Assembly (NCBI RefSeq): GCF_030144855.1
Contig: NC_082714.1
Coordinates: forward strand, 148,614,001 to 148,678,000
Source: Hypanus sabinus
Lineage: Eukaryota
Direction: 5' to 3'
DNA length: 64,000 nt
This document shows positions 13,701 to 28,700 of the stretch, piece by piece; position 1 is the stretch's first letter; every line of letters begins with the position of its first letter. The notes beneath the pieces were generated by a model. It saw only the letters and a list, made by a program, of their open reading frames with translations, was not told the origin of the DNA and searched no databases. The translations under genes and the position numbers were made by a program.

Positions 13701-16700
13701 TTAAAGGACCAGTGATACAGGCACTTGAAACTATCAACAGGCATAGTAATGATAGACTCTGCCCACTGGTACTTTGGATGTTGAGTATCTCAGAATATCA
13801 TTTGATTGCTTCCAAAACCAGCCAAAATTTTGGATGAGTTTTACTGAAAACAGCAATGCCACTCTCAGGAATGAATCCCCACCCCATTTCACCCGAGGTA
13901 GACATCAAGTTAATCAAAGCCCTCCATGGGTACTGAGACTGCCCAATCGGAAAATTTCAATTTTTTCACTGGTATGTTGGCTGCAGTTTTGAAGTCTTCT
14001 TCTAAAATAGCTGAGTGATGTGGTTGATAGAAGGATGAAAATTGGAACTAGGACGTACAGCTGTAATAGTGAGTCACATAATTACAGACTGATAACAACT
14101 TCACACTCTTTCTATGCCATAGTCTTGTGGTACCAATATCCATCACTGACCAAATCCCTATCTCCGAAACCTACTTACCATTTTCATTAGATTTCTCCTC
14201 CAATGACAGCCTATATTTCCCAGTGATAAGAAAGAGGAAGGAAAAAGGTCATTTATAGATAAGTATAGAGGAGAAAGAGATAAAATAGAGAGAAAAAAAT
14301 GAAATCAAAATATTAGGGAGGGGAAATACAAAAGTGATTCACAAACACAGAGGGATGTTAGAAGTAGGAGAGAAAGATTAACTGTGCTTTATTGTGAGCA
14401 ATACCATGGCAAATAAACTTTTTGTAAAACTATCTATTAATACACTACCATTCCACCTTCCAATCGTCTGCAAGTAAGGCATGGAAGATGCACCAGTATT
14501 ATTGGATAAACCTGACTACTCAGCAAATAATCAGAATGTTAAATATAATAAGATTGAAGGATTTTATAAATGACATATTTTAGCCATTGTTTATAAGTGT
14601 AGGTTGTACTGACCGTTCACATTTAGCACTGCAATAGGCATCTACATTTTCTTTACTAATGAATTTATATTTGAGGCAAATGAAAAGCATTGAAAAGACC
14701 TTGAAAAGTTCATACCAAAATGGAAAGAATTTATTATGTATAATCTGGATTTGGATGTTAACTTCAAACCTTTACCAGAACAGACTGATGTTGTAACAGG
14801 AGATCATTTTCTGTAAATCTTTACATCAGAGACAAAGCAGATCTGAATTCTACTACTTCCAGCCTGACTATTTAGAAGGTCCCAGTATCAACAAGTTGCT
14901 ACAAACTATAAATAACTAACACTGTTAGAACCTACCATTGCTCATCTGGCTCTGCATTAGTGGAGAAGGCGGAATTCCACCCCCCATAGTGTCATTGGAA
15001 ACATTCTGTGAATGCAAAGCTTGATTTGATCCAGACAGATTCATTCCTCCTGGTCCCATAGATATGTTTTGGGAAGGTGGCTAAGAAAAATGATATGGTA
15101 GGAAAACAGAAACAGAATTAAAAACTGCATTTTAAAAATATATTAATGCAATGCCTAATATTTATAAAAAAGATGGCAAAAATCTTGAATTTCAGATTTT
15201 CGATACATAAGAAAAACATAAAAATTATTTTATTCTAGAAATAGTTATTGTTATGTTTCGTAACTGCAAAATATAAAAACTAATTGAAAGGAAAACATGG
15301 AGCCCGGAATAACTTATGTTCTTATATTTACTTTTAAAGAGATGCGTACATATGACATTGCGGTGTAATGACATATGCTGTGGATGTACTTTTACATATA
15401 ACACGTAAACAACAAAGGATCCTTAAAACCATTTAACACATTACGCAAATATTGCTGAAATATTAAATACACAACAGTTATGATATTCTTCCACTTAGAA
15501 GATTCTGGAGGAAGAATTTTACATTCATATAGAGATAAGAAATACAGTACTTGTGTATTTATACAACTCCATTTCATACTCTCTCAGCATCCCAAAACCT
15601 TCAGAATTGTTATTATTGAGGCAAAATGTGCAGCTAAATTGTGTGAAGTGATTTTGGCATTCAGGAAACAAATGAATGAGTACATATTATTTTGTTAGTC
15701 ATGCCTGACTGAAAGAGTAATGTTACTTGGCGTACAGATGTTCCTTCGTCAAGTATCATTGGATCTTGAAAAATGTAAGCAGCATTCCCTCAGTTACTGC
15801 ACTGAGGAGTCAGTAGTCGACTCTATTCAACAGCACTTTGAAGAATCAATATTCATTCTTACTCCATTAGGAAGCAACAGATGTTTCTGTTGACTTGGTA
15901 TCTATGCTAGTGTAAAATTCATGTAGCTAGAAATAGGTCCAGCTTGATAACCCACCCCTGTCTAATCTCAGCTACACCATTAAAAGGGTGGACAACACTG
16001 CCTCTGGTGCAACAAGATAGAAAACTCCAAAGTTCCCTTTCCTTTGGTAATTCAATAATCCCGTTGAGAAGTACAAGTGTGTAAATAAGTCAAGTTTAGC
16101 AGCAGGATGCCAACTATATCCACCTTACCCAAACGGAAAACTACTTGATGCTGATTGCCTAGGGTTTTGCATAGAGACCAAGCTCTACTGCATTAAAAGT
16201 TAACAACTTCATGTCAAAAGAGTAAACTTGTAATGAAGTAAGAGGTACTACACCAAATTGCCTCTCCTCACAAACTATGTGCAAATGTGCACAATCTCCT
16301 TTATTGTTTTATTTGCTGAGATACATAGAGAATGTACCTAGTACTTCTTTATTATTCTTGGATTTTAAAAAAATGCATATGCTTGTATAGTATTGTATTA
16401 GATATAAAGACTGACTTTATCAAGTGATACAAAAGCACTGGTAACACCTTACAGATATATAGCAGCTTTTTTCATCATTGCAAATCATATTAGTGCATAT
16501 AATCTTAGTGCATATAAGTGCACTAAGAACTGAAAAGTGACTTTGAATCTCTGAAGAATGCGAAGTGAAAGGAAAAAATATCTTTTAAAATTAATTAGGT
16601 ACTCTGTATCATTTCATATTTATAAATCAGTTAAAAAGAATAAAAATGCTAGGTTACTAAGTATTGTGTATCATCCATAAATTCAGGAAACATTTGCTAA

Positions 16701-19700
16701 AGTTGATAGCTTATACACTTAGTATTAAGGAAATATTAGTATAGTTATTCATCCTTAGTTGTAAATGCTACATGATTGAAAGGCTGGCTTATAAAACTCA
16801 GTTCCATTGTTTCCAATTAAACTTGTAGTTGAAGCATGGTACTATGTACAGACACTAATTTATTCGATATCCAGTGTACCAAGTCAAAGATGATTTTTAT
16901 ATGAATGATTAGCTATCACTAACTCACAGTACCGGGAAGTTTTCATTGGAAGATGTGTCACAAGTCTTTCACAAAATTGGCTTGCCATGCCATCCCAGAT
17001 AGCTTCTATTACCTACAGCACAATACAGTGTGCTCTAGATTTTTCTATTTATTTCTTCCATTCAGAGTTCAAATGAATACCCAGAGTAGAAAGCAAAATG
17101 ATTAAGGTTTCCATCAAAACAATAGGGTAAAGGAATCTGATATCCATCATTAAGAGAATCCTGAAGTGGGGAATTGCCTACCTTCTCAGGTAGATGCTAA
17201 TATTTCCTGAGCACTCTTAGGCAGGAGTTCTACAGATAACTGGCATTATTCCTATCTAATTTTATTCTACAACTGCCATCTAAAAACAGATGATTTCATC
17301 ATTAATTTTAATGCTAGTTGTGGGAATTTTGGGCATTTTAGATAGAACAGTAACTACATTTTAAAGAGACTTTCATTGGCTTAAATGTGCTCTATAAATA
17401 AACATTCTTTCTTCCTTACATAATTGCCTACATAAAAAGAGCTACCTTTCAGTCAGGTCTGTGTTCAAGATTTACAAAAGCAGAGCTTTGAAGCAGTTTT
17501 CTTTGAGTTGGACAATCCAAACCAGAGGTGCATAAAAAGAGCTACTTTTTAATCAGAATGGCGATAGAAATTTTAAAGCAGAGCTTTGCAGCAATTTCTA
17601 TGAGTTGAGGAGCATCATCAAGAAGGATTTATTAGAGAGGGCCAATAAAAATAATTCAAGTGTAAGTAGTGCAGCCATTCTTAGAGCAGCCCTTCTTTTG
17701 GAATGTACCAGTCTTTGAGTGGCTTTGGCTCATCAGGCTAATACAAGATCAGGCTTAGGTGAGGTAAACTGTCTTTTAAGTTACTCTCTCTCTCTCTGTT
17801 CTTATTATTTAATTCCTCAACTATTACACATAGTAATTTAGTGAGAACAGCTCCAGGGGCAGTGTTTTGTACTGTATGTGTGATGTGGGAAGTCTGGGAG
17901 ACCTCCAGTCCTGAGAGAACATATTAAGGAACTGGAGCAGGAGCTTGAAGACCTTCAGCTCATACAGAAAAATAAGGAGGTGACAGATGGGAGATACAAG
18001 GAGGTAGTTACCCCTAGCTTGCAGAATAACCAGGTGACTGTCACGAGAAAGAGGGAGAATGCACAGCTGGTGCATAGTACACCTGTGGCCATTCCCCTCA
18101 ACAATAAGTATACAACTTTAGATATTATTGAGGCATTGACCTACCACAGTGACCAGGTCTCTGGCACTGAGTCTTGTGCTGTGGCTCAGAAGAGCAGAGA
18201 GGTGAAGAGGACTGCAGTATTGATAAGAAATTCCTTAGTCAGAGGAACAGAGATAAGGTTCTGTGGCCACAATACAGATGCCTGGATGGCATGTTGCCTC
18301 CCTGGTGCCAGGATCAGGGATGTCTTGGATCGTGTCCATGGTATTCTCAATGGCAAGGGGGAGCAGTCAGAAGTCTTGGTACATTCTGGCACCAATGACA
18401 TAGGTAGACAAGGTGAGGAGGTCCTAAAAAGATATTTCAGGGAGCTAGGTAGAAATCTGAGAAACAGTACCTCTGGGTAATAATCTCTGGATTACTGCCT
18501 GTGCTACATGCCAGTGAGGGCAAGAATAGGATGATTTGGCAGGTGAATGCTGAGCAACTGGTCCAGGGGGCAGGGTTTCAGATTTATACATAATTGGGAT
18601 CTCTTCTAGGGAAGGTATGAACAGTACAAAAGGGATGTGTTACACTTGAACCTGAGGGGGTCCTATATCCTTGCAGGCACATTGTCTAGAGTTGTTCAGG
18701 TGGGTTTAAACTAATTTGGCAGTGGGATGGGAACTGGAGTGCGAATCCTGGCAAAGAGAAGCTGATGATAGGGCAAAATTGCAGTCAATAGGAAAAAAAT
18801 CAAAAATGGTGAACACAGGACTGAAGGTGTTAAATTTGAATGCATGCAGTATACGAAATAAGGTTGATGAACTTGTAGCACAGTTACAGACTGGCAAGTA
18901 TGATGTTGTAGGCATCACTGAATCATGCTGAAAGAATATCATGCTGGGAGCTTAATGTCCAAGGATGCATATTCTGCCAAAAGGACAGGCAGGAAGGCAT
19001 GACTCTGTTGGTAAAAAATAAAATTAAATCATTAGAAAGAGGTAACATAGAGTTGGAAGGTGTTGAATTCATTGTGGTGAGAGCTAAGTAACTGCAAAGG
19101 TAAAAAGACCCTGATGGGAGTTAAATATAGACTCCCAAGCAGTAGTAAGATGCGGTCTACAAGTTACAATGGTAGATATTAAATGCATGCCAAAAAGGCA
19201 ATGTTACAATAGTCATGGGGGATTTCAATATGCAGGTAGATTGGGAAAATTAGGTTGGTGCTGGATTCCAAGAGGGGGAATTTCTAGATTGCCTGCATGA
19301 CAGCTTTTTACAGCCGTCTGGGGCATCAGCTATTCTAGATTGGGTGTTGTGTAATGAACTGGAATTGATTAGACAGCTTAAGGTAAAAGAACCTTGAGGC
19401 ACAAATGATCTTAATATGATCAAACTCACCCAGAAATTTGAGAAGGAGAAGCTAAAGTCAGATGTATCAGTATTAGAGTGGAGTAAAAGGGAATTACAGA
19501 GACATGAGAGAGGACTTGGCCATAATTGATTGGAAAAGAACACCAGCAATGACAACAGCAGAGCAGCAATGGCTGGAATTTCTGGAAGCATTTCAGAAGG
19601 CACAGGATATATACATCTCAAAGATGAAGAAGTATTCTAAAGGCAAGATGACTCAACCATGGCTAACAAGGGAAGTCAAGGGAACCTAAAAGCCAAAGAG

Positions 19701-22700
19701 CGGACATATAATACAGCAAAAATTAGTGGGAAGTTCAATGATTGGGAAGCTTTTAAAATCTAAAAGAAGACAACTAAAAAAAGTCAATAAGAAGATAAAG
19801 AGGCAATATGGAAGTAAGCTATTAAAGCGGGTACCAAAAATTTCTACAGATAGATGAAGTGTAAAAGAGGTGAGTGTGAATATCGGACCACTGAAGAACA
19901 ATACTAGAGTGGTAGTAATGAGGAACAAGGAAATGGTGGACAAACTGAATAAGTATTTTGCGTCAGTCTTCACTGTGGAAGACACTAGCAGTATAGTGGA
20001 AGTTCCAGGTGTCAGGGGTCATGAAGTTTGTGAAGTTAACATTAGTAGAGAGAAGGTTCTTGGGAAACTGGAAGGTCTGAAGGTAGATAGGTCACCTGGA
20101 CCAGATGGTGTGCACCCCAGAATTCTGAAAGAGGTGGCTGAAGAGATTGTGCAGACATGAGTAATGATCTTTCAAGAATCACTAGATTCTGGAATGGTTC
20201 TGGAAAACTAGAAAATTGCAAATGTCACTCCACTCTTCAAGAAGGGAGAGAGGCAGAAGAAAGGAAACTAAAGGCCAGTTAGTCTGACCTCAGTGGTTGG
20301 GAAGATGTTCGAGTCAATTATTAAGGATAAGGTCTCAGGGTACTTGGAGGCACATGATAAAACAGGGCACAGTCAGCATGTTTTCCTCAAGGGAAAATCT
20401 TGTCTGAGAAATCTGTTGGAATTCTTTGAAGAAATAACAAACAAGATAGACAAAGGAGAATTGGTTTCTGCTCTGTACTTGGATTTTCAGAAGGCCTGTG
20501 ACATGGTGCCACGCATGAGATAGCTTAACAAGCTACGAGCCCATGGTAGTACAGGCAAGATACTAGCATGGATAATCCAGTGGCTGATAGGCAGGAGGCA
20601 AAGAGTGGGAATAAAGGAAGCCTTTTCTGGTTAGCAGCTGGTGACTAGTTATGTTCCACAAGGGTCTGTGTTGGGACCAATTCTTTTTATGTTATATGTC
20701 AAATGATTTGGATGATGGAATTGATGGCTTTGTTTCAAAGTTTACAGAAGACACAAAGATAGGTGGAGGGACAGGTAGTTTTGTGGAAGTATAAGTGCTA
20801 CAAAAAAACTTAAAAAGATTAGAAGAATGGGCAAAGAAGTTGCAGGTAGTAAGCAGTGTTGGGAAGTGTATGGTCATGCACTTTGGAAGAAGAAATAAAA
20901 GGGATGACTATTTTCAAAATGGAGAAAAAATACAAAAATCTGAGGCACAAGGGGATTTGGCAGTCCTTGTGCAGGATTCCCTAAGGGTTAATTTGCAGGT
21001 TGAGTCTGAAGTGAGGAAGGCAAATGCAATGTTGGCATTCAATTCAAAAGGACTAGAATATAAAAGGAAGGATGTAATATTGAGACTTTATAAAGCACTG
21101 GTGAGGCCTCACTTGGAGTACTGTGAGCAGTTTTGTTCCCCTTATCTTAGAAAGGATGTGCTGAAACTGGAGAGAGTTCAAAGGAGGTTCACAAAGATGA
21201 TACCAGGTTTGAACAGCTTGCTATATGAAGTGTGTTTGATGGCTCTGGACCAGTATTCACTGGAATTCAGTAGAATGAGGGGTGACTCCATTGAAACCTA
21301 TTGAATTGTGAAAGGCCTGGTGAAAGACCTTGCATGTGAGGAGGATGGTGGGAGGCTCTAAGACCAGAGGACACAGCCTCAGAATAAAGAGGCGTTCTTT
21401 TAGGACAGAGATGAAGAGGAATTTCTTTAACCAGAGTGATGAATCTGTGTAATCTGTTCCCACAGGGAGCTGTGGAGGCCAAGTCTTTATGTGCATTTAA
21501 GGCAGAGATTGATAGATTCTTGATTAGTCAGGCATGAACGGATGCAGGGGGAAGGCAGGATATTAGGTCTGAGGACAAATGGATCAGCCTAGGTGAAATG
21601 GCGAGTAGGCTCGATGAGCCAAATCGCCTAATTCTGCTCCATCTCATGGTCTTAGTTCATTTTAAGATAGGTATTTTTAATGTTCTAAAACATAAATTTA
21701 CTCTTGTTGACAGAAAACAATTAATAGGTTCAATAAATAAGAAATCTTGCTGCAGATTTGAAATCTGATAGTTAATTATATCCCTCTTTTGTTGATACTA
21801 AATACTTAAAACTTAGGAAGACAAAGAAGTCATGTGAAAATGTTTTACCCCTTTAAACGGGGTAAAATATGGCTAAAAAGCTTGGAAGAGCCTACTCAAA
21901 ACCGTAAAAATATATGGAACATAGATATATAGGTGACAAAATTATTGCTTAATGCAAAATGATTTCATGTAATACTTCCAATGCTTTATATAAATATTAA
22001 AGCACAACCAGTTTATTACAAGACATTTCAACAATGCAAAAGATCCACAGCACAAGGGAAAATCAAATCAACATAAGGTGCGTAATAATGATTGAAAACT
22101 AATTTTGCTATTTCCAAAGCATAGATAGTTAATTAATTAATATAGCAAAAGGCCATAAGTGAAAGTGCAAATGCACAACTCTATGGCATATACTACCCAA
22201 GTAACAGTCACAGTTAAAGGTAGAGGAATTAATAGAAAAAAGAATCAAAAAATCTCAATCACAATTGTTTTTTTAATTGGTTTTGTTACAACCTTGATTA
22301 TGGAACTAATGGTGTATTACTTACAGCAGGTAGTAACGACTGCATATTTTGATTAGAATCTGCTATTGTTGCCAAGTAAACCAAGTTTCTGTGCAGCATC
22401 TGTTGATATCTAAGAAATGGAAGAATACAGCTCATTTCAAAAATTAAGGAGAAATACAAATCTTTCCATCAAATATGAACATTAACAATAAACTCATGTG
22501 TAGTTTCATTATTGGTGTGTCTGGTGTGTCCACGGAGGGAAAGCACCTTTGGTGAAGGGGCTTGTCATTTCCATTCAGGGCAGCACAGTCATCTTTGGTC
22601 CCTACCAGACACTCAGCTCTCACCTGTGGCTCCAAGTAGCCATACGCATGCAACAGCAACCAAACCCAGGCAAGGTAAATCAGGTGTGGATGGCCAGTGG

Positions 22701-25700
22701 CCCAAAATCCTGGGGAGATAAGGACATGCCTGTCCTAGCATGCAAAGTCAGCTCCAGTAGATTGGCAGATGAGATTTACAGTGAGATCCAACAGTAGGGA
22801 AGGCAGTATTGCAGCCCTCCGTGGAGAATGAAGGGCATGACAAGGCACAGAAGACGTTATAGTTAGCCACTGCAACGAAGGAGACCCCAGATTGCGATAC
22901 TCATTCTTACCACTGGACCTGGACTCCTAAAGATGCGAAATTGGAACTGTCCCAGTGCAACAGCTTTTCTACTCTCTGCACAGATTTCCAGTCATCCAGT
23001 TTCATTACTGAAGTCTGCACAAGCTATAATTAATAACTAAAATCTATAATAATAAACAAAAACAAAAACTCTGAAAAATGTTTTAAATTTGAAGTAAAAA
23101 CAGGAAATGCTGGAAACATTCAGCAGGTCAGGCAGCATCTATAGGAAGAGAAGTTCAAGTCCAACACCCTTCATCAGAACTGAGTTACCTAGAATTAAAT
23201 TTCCAAGGCTTTCTACGGGCCTCAAAAGACAGAATAAATACAAGTCATTACTTCCTAACTTAAGCAGACATTAGTGGACTTCAGCTCACTTCGAAGCGTT
23301 TCTAAATGTGATTTAGTCCCATATTGATTACTTAGCTAGAAATATGTTCACAGAACTCAGGTAGTACCACACTGCAGGAAAATGGTTTAACCTGTATGCA
23401 ATTTTAAAGATATTTCAAAATGCCTGACAGTCTATCAGAAATTTTGTCTCCTCACATTGGTGCAATATTCATTCATTTTAACAATTTTTGTTTGGGTCTT
23501 AAACTCCTCAAATGACATGAACAGTTACACAACTTGCAGGTCAAAATTAGGCACCCATGATACATTGTAGACAAATAATACCAGCACTTAACACCATCTG
23601 CAAATTCCTCACTTTGTCATTACTATCAAACCATGGGATCAACCTTGGTTCTAATAGTTGTGTAGAAATGCATATTTGGTGCAGAAACAAGCACACTTAA
23701 AAATGAGGTGGCAGGCTGGTGAGGCAGCAATGCAGGACCAAGTTCCAGTAGTAGGAATATAGTTACAAGTTTAAGGGCGTTCATTTAAAACTGAGGTGCA
23801 GAGGAACTTCTCTCTGATGATGGTGAATCTCTGCATTCTTTATACAGGAAAGTTATGGGAGCAAATCATCATGGCTATTCAAAGAAATTGATGTATTCTG
23901 TAAGATCAGGGACATAAAGTCTGTGGGCATCTGGCGAAGAAGAACAGATTAAGCCTGGGGCAGATTAGGTGTAATCACATTAAACAGTGATAGGATTGAG
24001 GGGCTGTGACCTACTCTTATGATTAGGAATGCCTATTGTTCCATGTCAAGACTGTACTTCAAGAAATCTGGGCACTTAACTGTTCTCCTCCTCCCTGCAT
24101 ATAGGCAGAGGGTACAGAACAAGGCTGCAGAGATAAGGAGAACAAAGAGGTGGTTGAAGGAGGCTGAGGAGTGGCTACAGGATTAGTTCGAGTTGGTAGA
24201 CTGGTCCATGATCAAGAGCACAGAGGATCTGAACAAATACACCACGATTGTCACAGATTTAATAAAATTAGTTGTAGTTGAGTGTGTCCCCACAAAGTAA
24301 TTCAGAGTCTTCCCTAACCAGAAGCCCTTGATGAACCATGACCTCTGCAATCTGCTGAGTGTTAGATCAGTGGCATTCAGGTCTGGAGATCAAGTTAAAT
24401 ACAAGAGGTCCAGTTATGTACAATCTCCAGAAAGCCACCTCATGTGTGAAGTGGCATTTCTGGACCAAACTTGAATCACTGAAGGATGCTTGACAGTTGT
24501 GCTAGTACCTGTACTAGAATACTATTATCTCTTACGAAGTGAAACCAAATGACATAGGTAACAACAAGGCTTCATTCCTAGAAGAATTCAATGCCTTTTA
24601 TGCTTGCTTTGATCATCAAAACATGGAGACACTTGCATGAATTCCCACAAACCCCAATGACCCTGTGATTTCTGTCTCTGAGGTAGATGTGAATGCATTC
24701 TTCAGGAGGGTGAACCCACAGAAAGTATTCGGCCCAGACAAGGCATCTGTGACCTGTGCTGATCAACAGACTGGAGTATTCACTAAAATCTTTAATCTCC
24801 CACTATGGAAGTCTGAGGTACCTACTTCAAGCAGGCTTCAACTATGTTGGTACGCAAGATGAACAGGGTAACCTGCCTCAACAACTATTGTCCAGTAGCA
24901 CTTACATCAACTGTGATGAAGTGCATTGAGAGGGTGATGATTAAACATATCAACTCCTGCCTGAAAGGAAACTTGGATCCAGTCCAATTTGCCCACTGTC
25001 ACAACAGGTCAATAGTAGATGCTATTTCATTGATTCTTCACACAATCCTGGAACATCTGGACAGTGAAGATGCATACATCAGGATGCTCTTCATTGACTA
25101 TAGCTGGGCATTTAATATTATCTTGCCTTCAAAACTAATCAATATGGTTCAAGTCACAGACCTCAATACCTCCTTGTGCAACTGAAACCTCAATTTTCTC
25201 ACTTGCAGACCCCAAATAGTCAGATTGACAAAAACATCTCCACAATCACCCTCAGCAAAGGTGCACCACAAGGCTGTATGCTTAAACCCCTGTTCTACTC
25301 GCTATATGCTTAAAGACTGTAAGACTAATCATAGCTCCAGTACCATTCTCAAGTTTGCCGATAAAACCATAGTTGTTGGCAGAATCAAAGATGGTGACAA
25401 ATCAGAATACAGGATGGAAACTGAAAATTAGGCTGAGTGGTGCCACAGCAAACACCTCTCATGCAATGTCAGCAAGACCTAGGAGATGATTGTTGACTTC
25501 ATGAGAAGGAAACCAGAGGTCCATGAGTCAATCCTCATTGGGGAACCAGAAATGGAGAGGGTCAGCAATTTTAAATTCCTTGGTGATTATCATTTCATAG
25601 GATCTGTCCTGGGTCCAACACTTTAGTGCCATTACAAACAAAGCACAGCACCATTTTTACTTTCTTAGAAGTTTGTGAAGATTTAGCATGTCTGAGGCAT

Positions 25701-28700
25701 TGCTGGAAGTCTGAGAAATCGATATTCATACCATCAGGTTGGAGGCTATCCAGACAGAATAAAAGGTGTTGCTCCTCCAACCTGAGCATGGCCTCATCAC
25801 GGCTACAGATGTGGCCATGGACTGACACGTCAGAATGGGAATGAATGAGAAGTGGGATTAAAGTGGGCGGTCACTGGGAGATCCTTCTTTTTCTGGCGGA
25901 TGGAGCATACGTGCTCCGCAAAGTGGCCTCCCAATCTATGTCGGGTCTCACCAATACACAGGAGGCCACACTGGAAGCGCTGAACATTGCATATTACCCC
26001 AACAGACTCACAGATGAAGTGACACATCACTTGGAAGGACTTTTTGGGGCCCTGAATGCTAGTGAGGGAGGAGGTGTAGGGGCAGGTGTAATACTTGTTC
26101 CTCTTGCAAGGATCAGTGCCAGGAGGGAGATCAGTGGGGAGGGACGAATGGACAAGAGAGTCGCATCCCTGTGGTGGCGGGAGGATGGCATGAGGACAGA
26201 AGTGCGTGTAATGGAAGAGAAGCAGTTGAGGACAGCACTGATAGTGGAGAAAGGGAACCATTTTCTTTGAAGGGGGACATCTTCATAGTTCTGGAATGAA
26301 AAGCCTCATTCTGAGAGCAGGTGTGGCAGAGACGAAGGAATTGAGAGAAGGGGTTGGTATTTTTCCAAATAACAGGGTGAGAAGAGGTATTCTCCAGGCA
26401 ACTGTGAGGGTCAGTGAGTTTATAATAGACATCAGTAGATAAGTTGTCTCCAGAGATAGAGACAGAGAAATTGAGAAAGGGGAGGAAGGTGTCGGAAATA
26501 GGCCAGGTAAATTGAAGGCAGGGTGGAAGTCGGAGGCAAAGTTGATGACATCAACAAGCTCCTCATGGGTCCAGGAAGCAGCACAAATGCAGTCATTGAT
26601 GTAGTGTAGGAAAGGTTGGGGAGTGATCACAATATTGGTTCATTTCGACAAAAGAACATAATTCTACAGATGATTTGGGAGTACCGTAACTGCTTTTGAT
26701 ATCAAAGCACTATTTCAGTGGATATGTCATCCTGGTAAAAACTGATATCAAAGGGCAATCAAGGGAAAATACTCTAGTTGCACCTAGTTGCATTGCAAGA
26801 GGTCAATTATCTTGGCCCTAGACAACGTTGTAGGAACTCTTCAGTGTCATCTTCAGGTGTTTCAACTGTCACCCTTCCATCACAAGGTCAGAATTGGGAT
26901 GTTCGTTCTTAACTGAAAAGTATACAATTCCTTTTGCAACTTCTCAGTAAATAGTGCAGCTTCTGCCTGCAGACAGCAAGACCTGGAGCTGATGAGCAGC
27001 AAATAACATTTGTGCCACAAAGGTGCTAGGTAACAACTATCACTAAGGAGGAACTGTCATCATTCAATGACTCAGTCCTCCACCATCAATTCCCTGGAGA
27101 TCACCAGTGATCAGAAACTCAAGTGGACCAATCAGAGAAATATCACAGATCTCAGAGCAGATCAGGTGTTGGGTGACTCATTTCCTGACATATCAATGCC
27201 TTTCCATCATCAACATTCACAAATTTGGCGTGATGGAATATACTCTGCTCGGCTGAGTGAGTGCAGTGACAACAGTTCTCAAGAAGCTCAACACTATCCA
27301 GGATAATGAACCCCCCTCCCCCCATTTAAATGTTAACCCATTTGACACACTTAAAATTAATTCCATCCAACTGACGCACAGAGGCTATAGAATAAAAAAA
27401 TCTGCAAAATGCACTGCAGTTACTCACCCAAATACTTTGATAGCACCTATTCAACTCCCCACCAAGGGAAGAACAGAGTATAAATGGGAAAGCCAAACCT
27501 CTCATCCTGACTAGGATATATCTTGTTTGTCCTTCATCATCTGGAGTCTCAATCCTGGAAAGCCCTGTGCAAAAGCAGTATGGCAGTATCTTCACCAAAA
27601 GGACTGTAATAATTACAAAGGCAGCTCACTAGAACCTTCTTAAGAACAATTAAGAATTGACAATAAATGCTGGCCTTGCTGCAATGCCCAAATCTTGAAA
27701 ACAAATCTATGAATAAGTGTTGTCTCTGGAATGTACATCCAGAAACAACAGGCATACAAGACAAGAATGTTAATTCCGATTCTCATTCCCATTCTGACAC
27801 GTCAGTCCATGGCCTCCTCTTGTGCCATGACGAAGCCACCCTTGGGGTGGAGAAGCAAGACCTTATAGTCTGCCTAGGTAGCCTCCAACCTGATAGCATG
27901 AATATCAATTTCTCCTTTCAACAAAAATATCCCCCGTCCACTCCTGTCTTTCTCTATTCCCCACTCTCGCCTGCCTATCACTTCCCCCCCCCCCGGTCCC
28001 CTCCTTCTTCCCCTTCTCCTATGGTCCACTCTCCTCTCCTATCAGATTCTTTCTTCTCCAGCCCTTGATTTTTCCCCACCCACCTGGCTTCATCTATCAC
28101 CTTCCAGCTAGCCTCCTTTTCCTCCCCCCACCTTTATATTGTTACATCTTCTCCTTTTCCTTTCTGTCCTGAAGAAGGGTCTTTACCCAAAATGTCCACT
28201 GTTTATACATTTCCATAGATGCTGCCTGACCTGCCGAGTTCCTCCAGCATTTTGTGGGGGTTGGTTTGGATTTCCATCATCTGCAGACTTTCGCATGTTT
28301 AGAATAGCTAATATTCTTAATAATATTTAGCCTTTAAAGCTAGCACAAGAGAAATATAAAAAGTAGCATCTATCGTTTGCCAATATTTTGCTTGAATAAA
28401 AAAGCTTACAGTGAATCATCTCTTAGCTAACCAAGATGTTGACAAGAATAAACCTTCATAACAAAGAGTAATACAACTTCATTATTTATTTTATGGCCAT
28501 CATCATAATTTATCCACAAAACTTCAATAACATAAAAAGTATATTTCAGCAAGCTCAGTCCTTTAAGAAAGGTCCTTGGGAACATTTCCTAGTACACCTT
28601 CTTCAGTTACACTTTTCTTCCAATTGAAGGTAAATTATCTTATCAAACAAAATGACTCAAGTCCAAATGTTTATTCACAGGCATTTTATTATTTTGCTTA

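Noticed and set aside
21843-21867. Hairpin TTTTACCCC-N7-GGGGTAAAA
   Set aside because: A 9-bp stem can occur by chance in 64 kb; no TSD or family context.
22510-23000. GC-richer block with short ORFs
   Set aside because: Probably a repeat fragment, but no diagnostic motif, TIR or TSD could be identified, so it was left uncalled.
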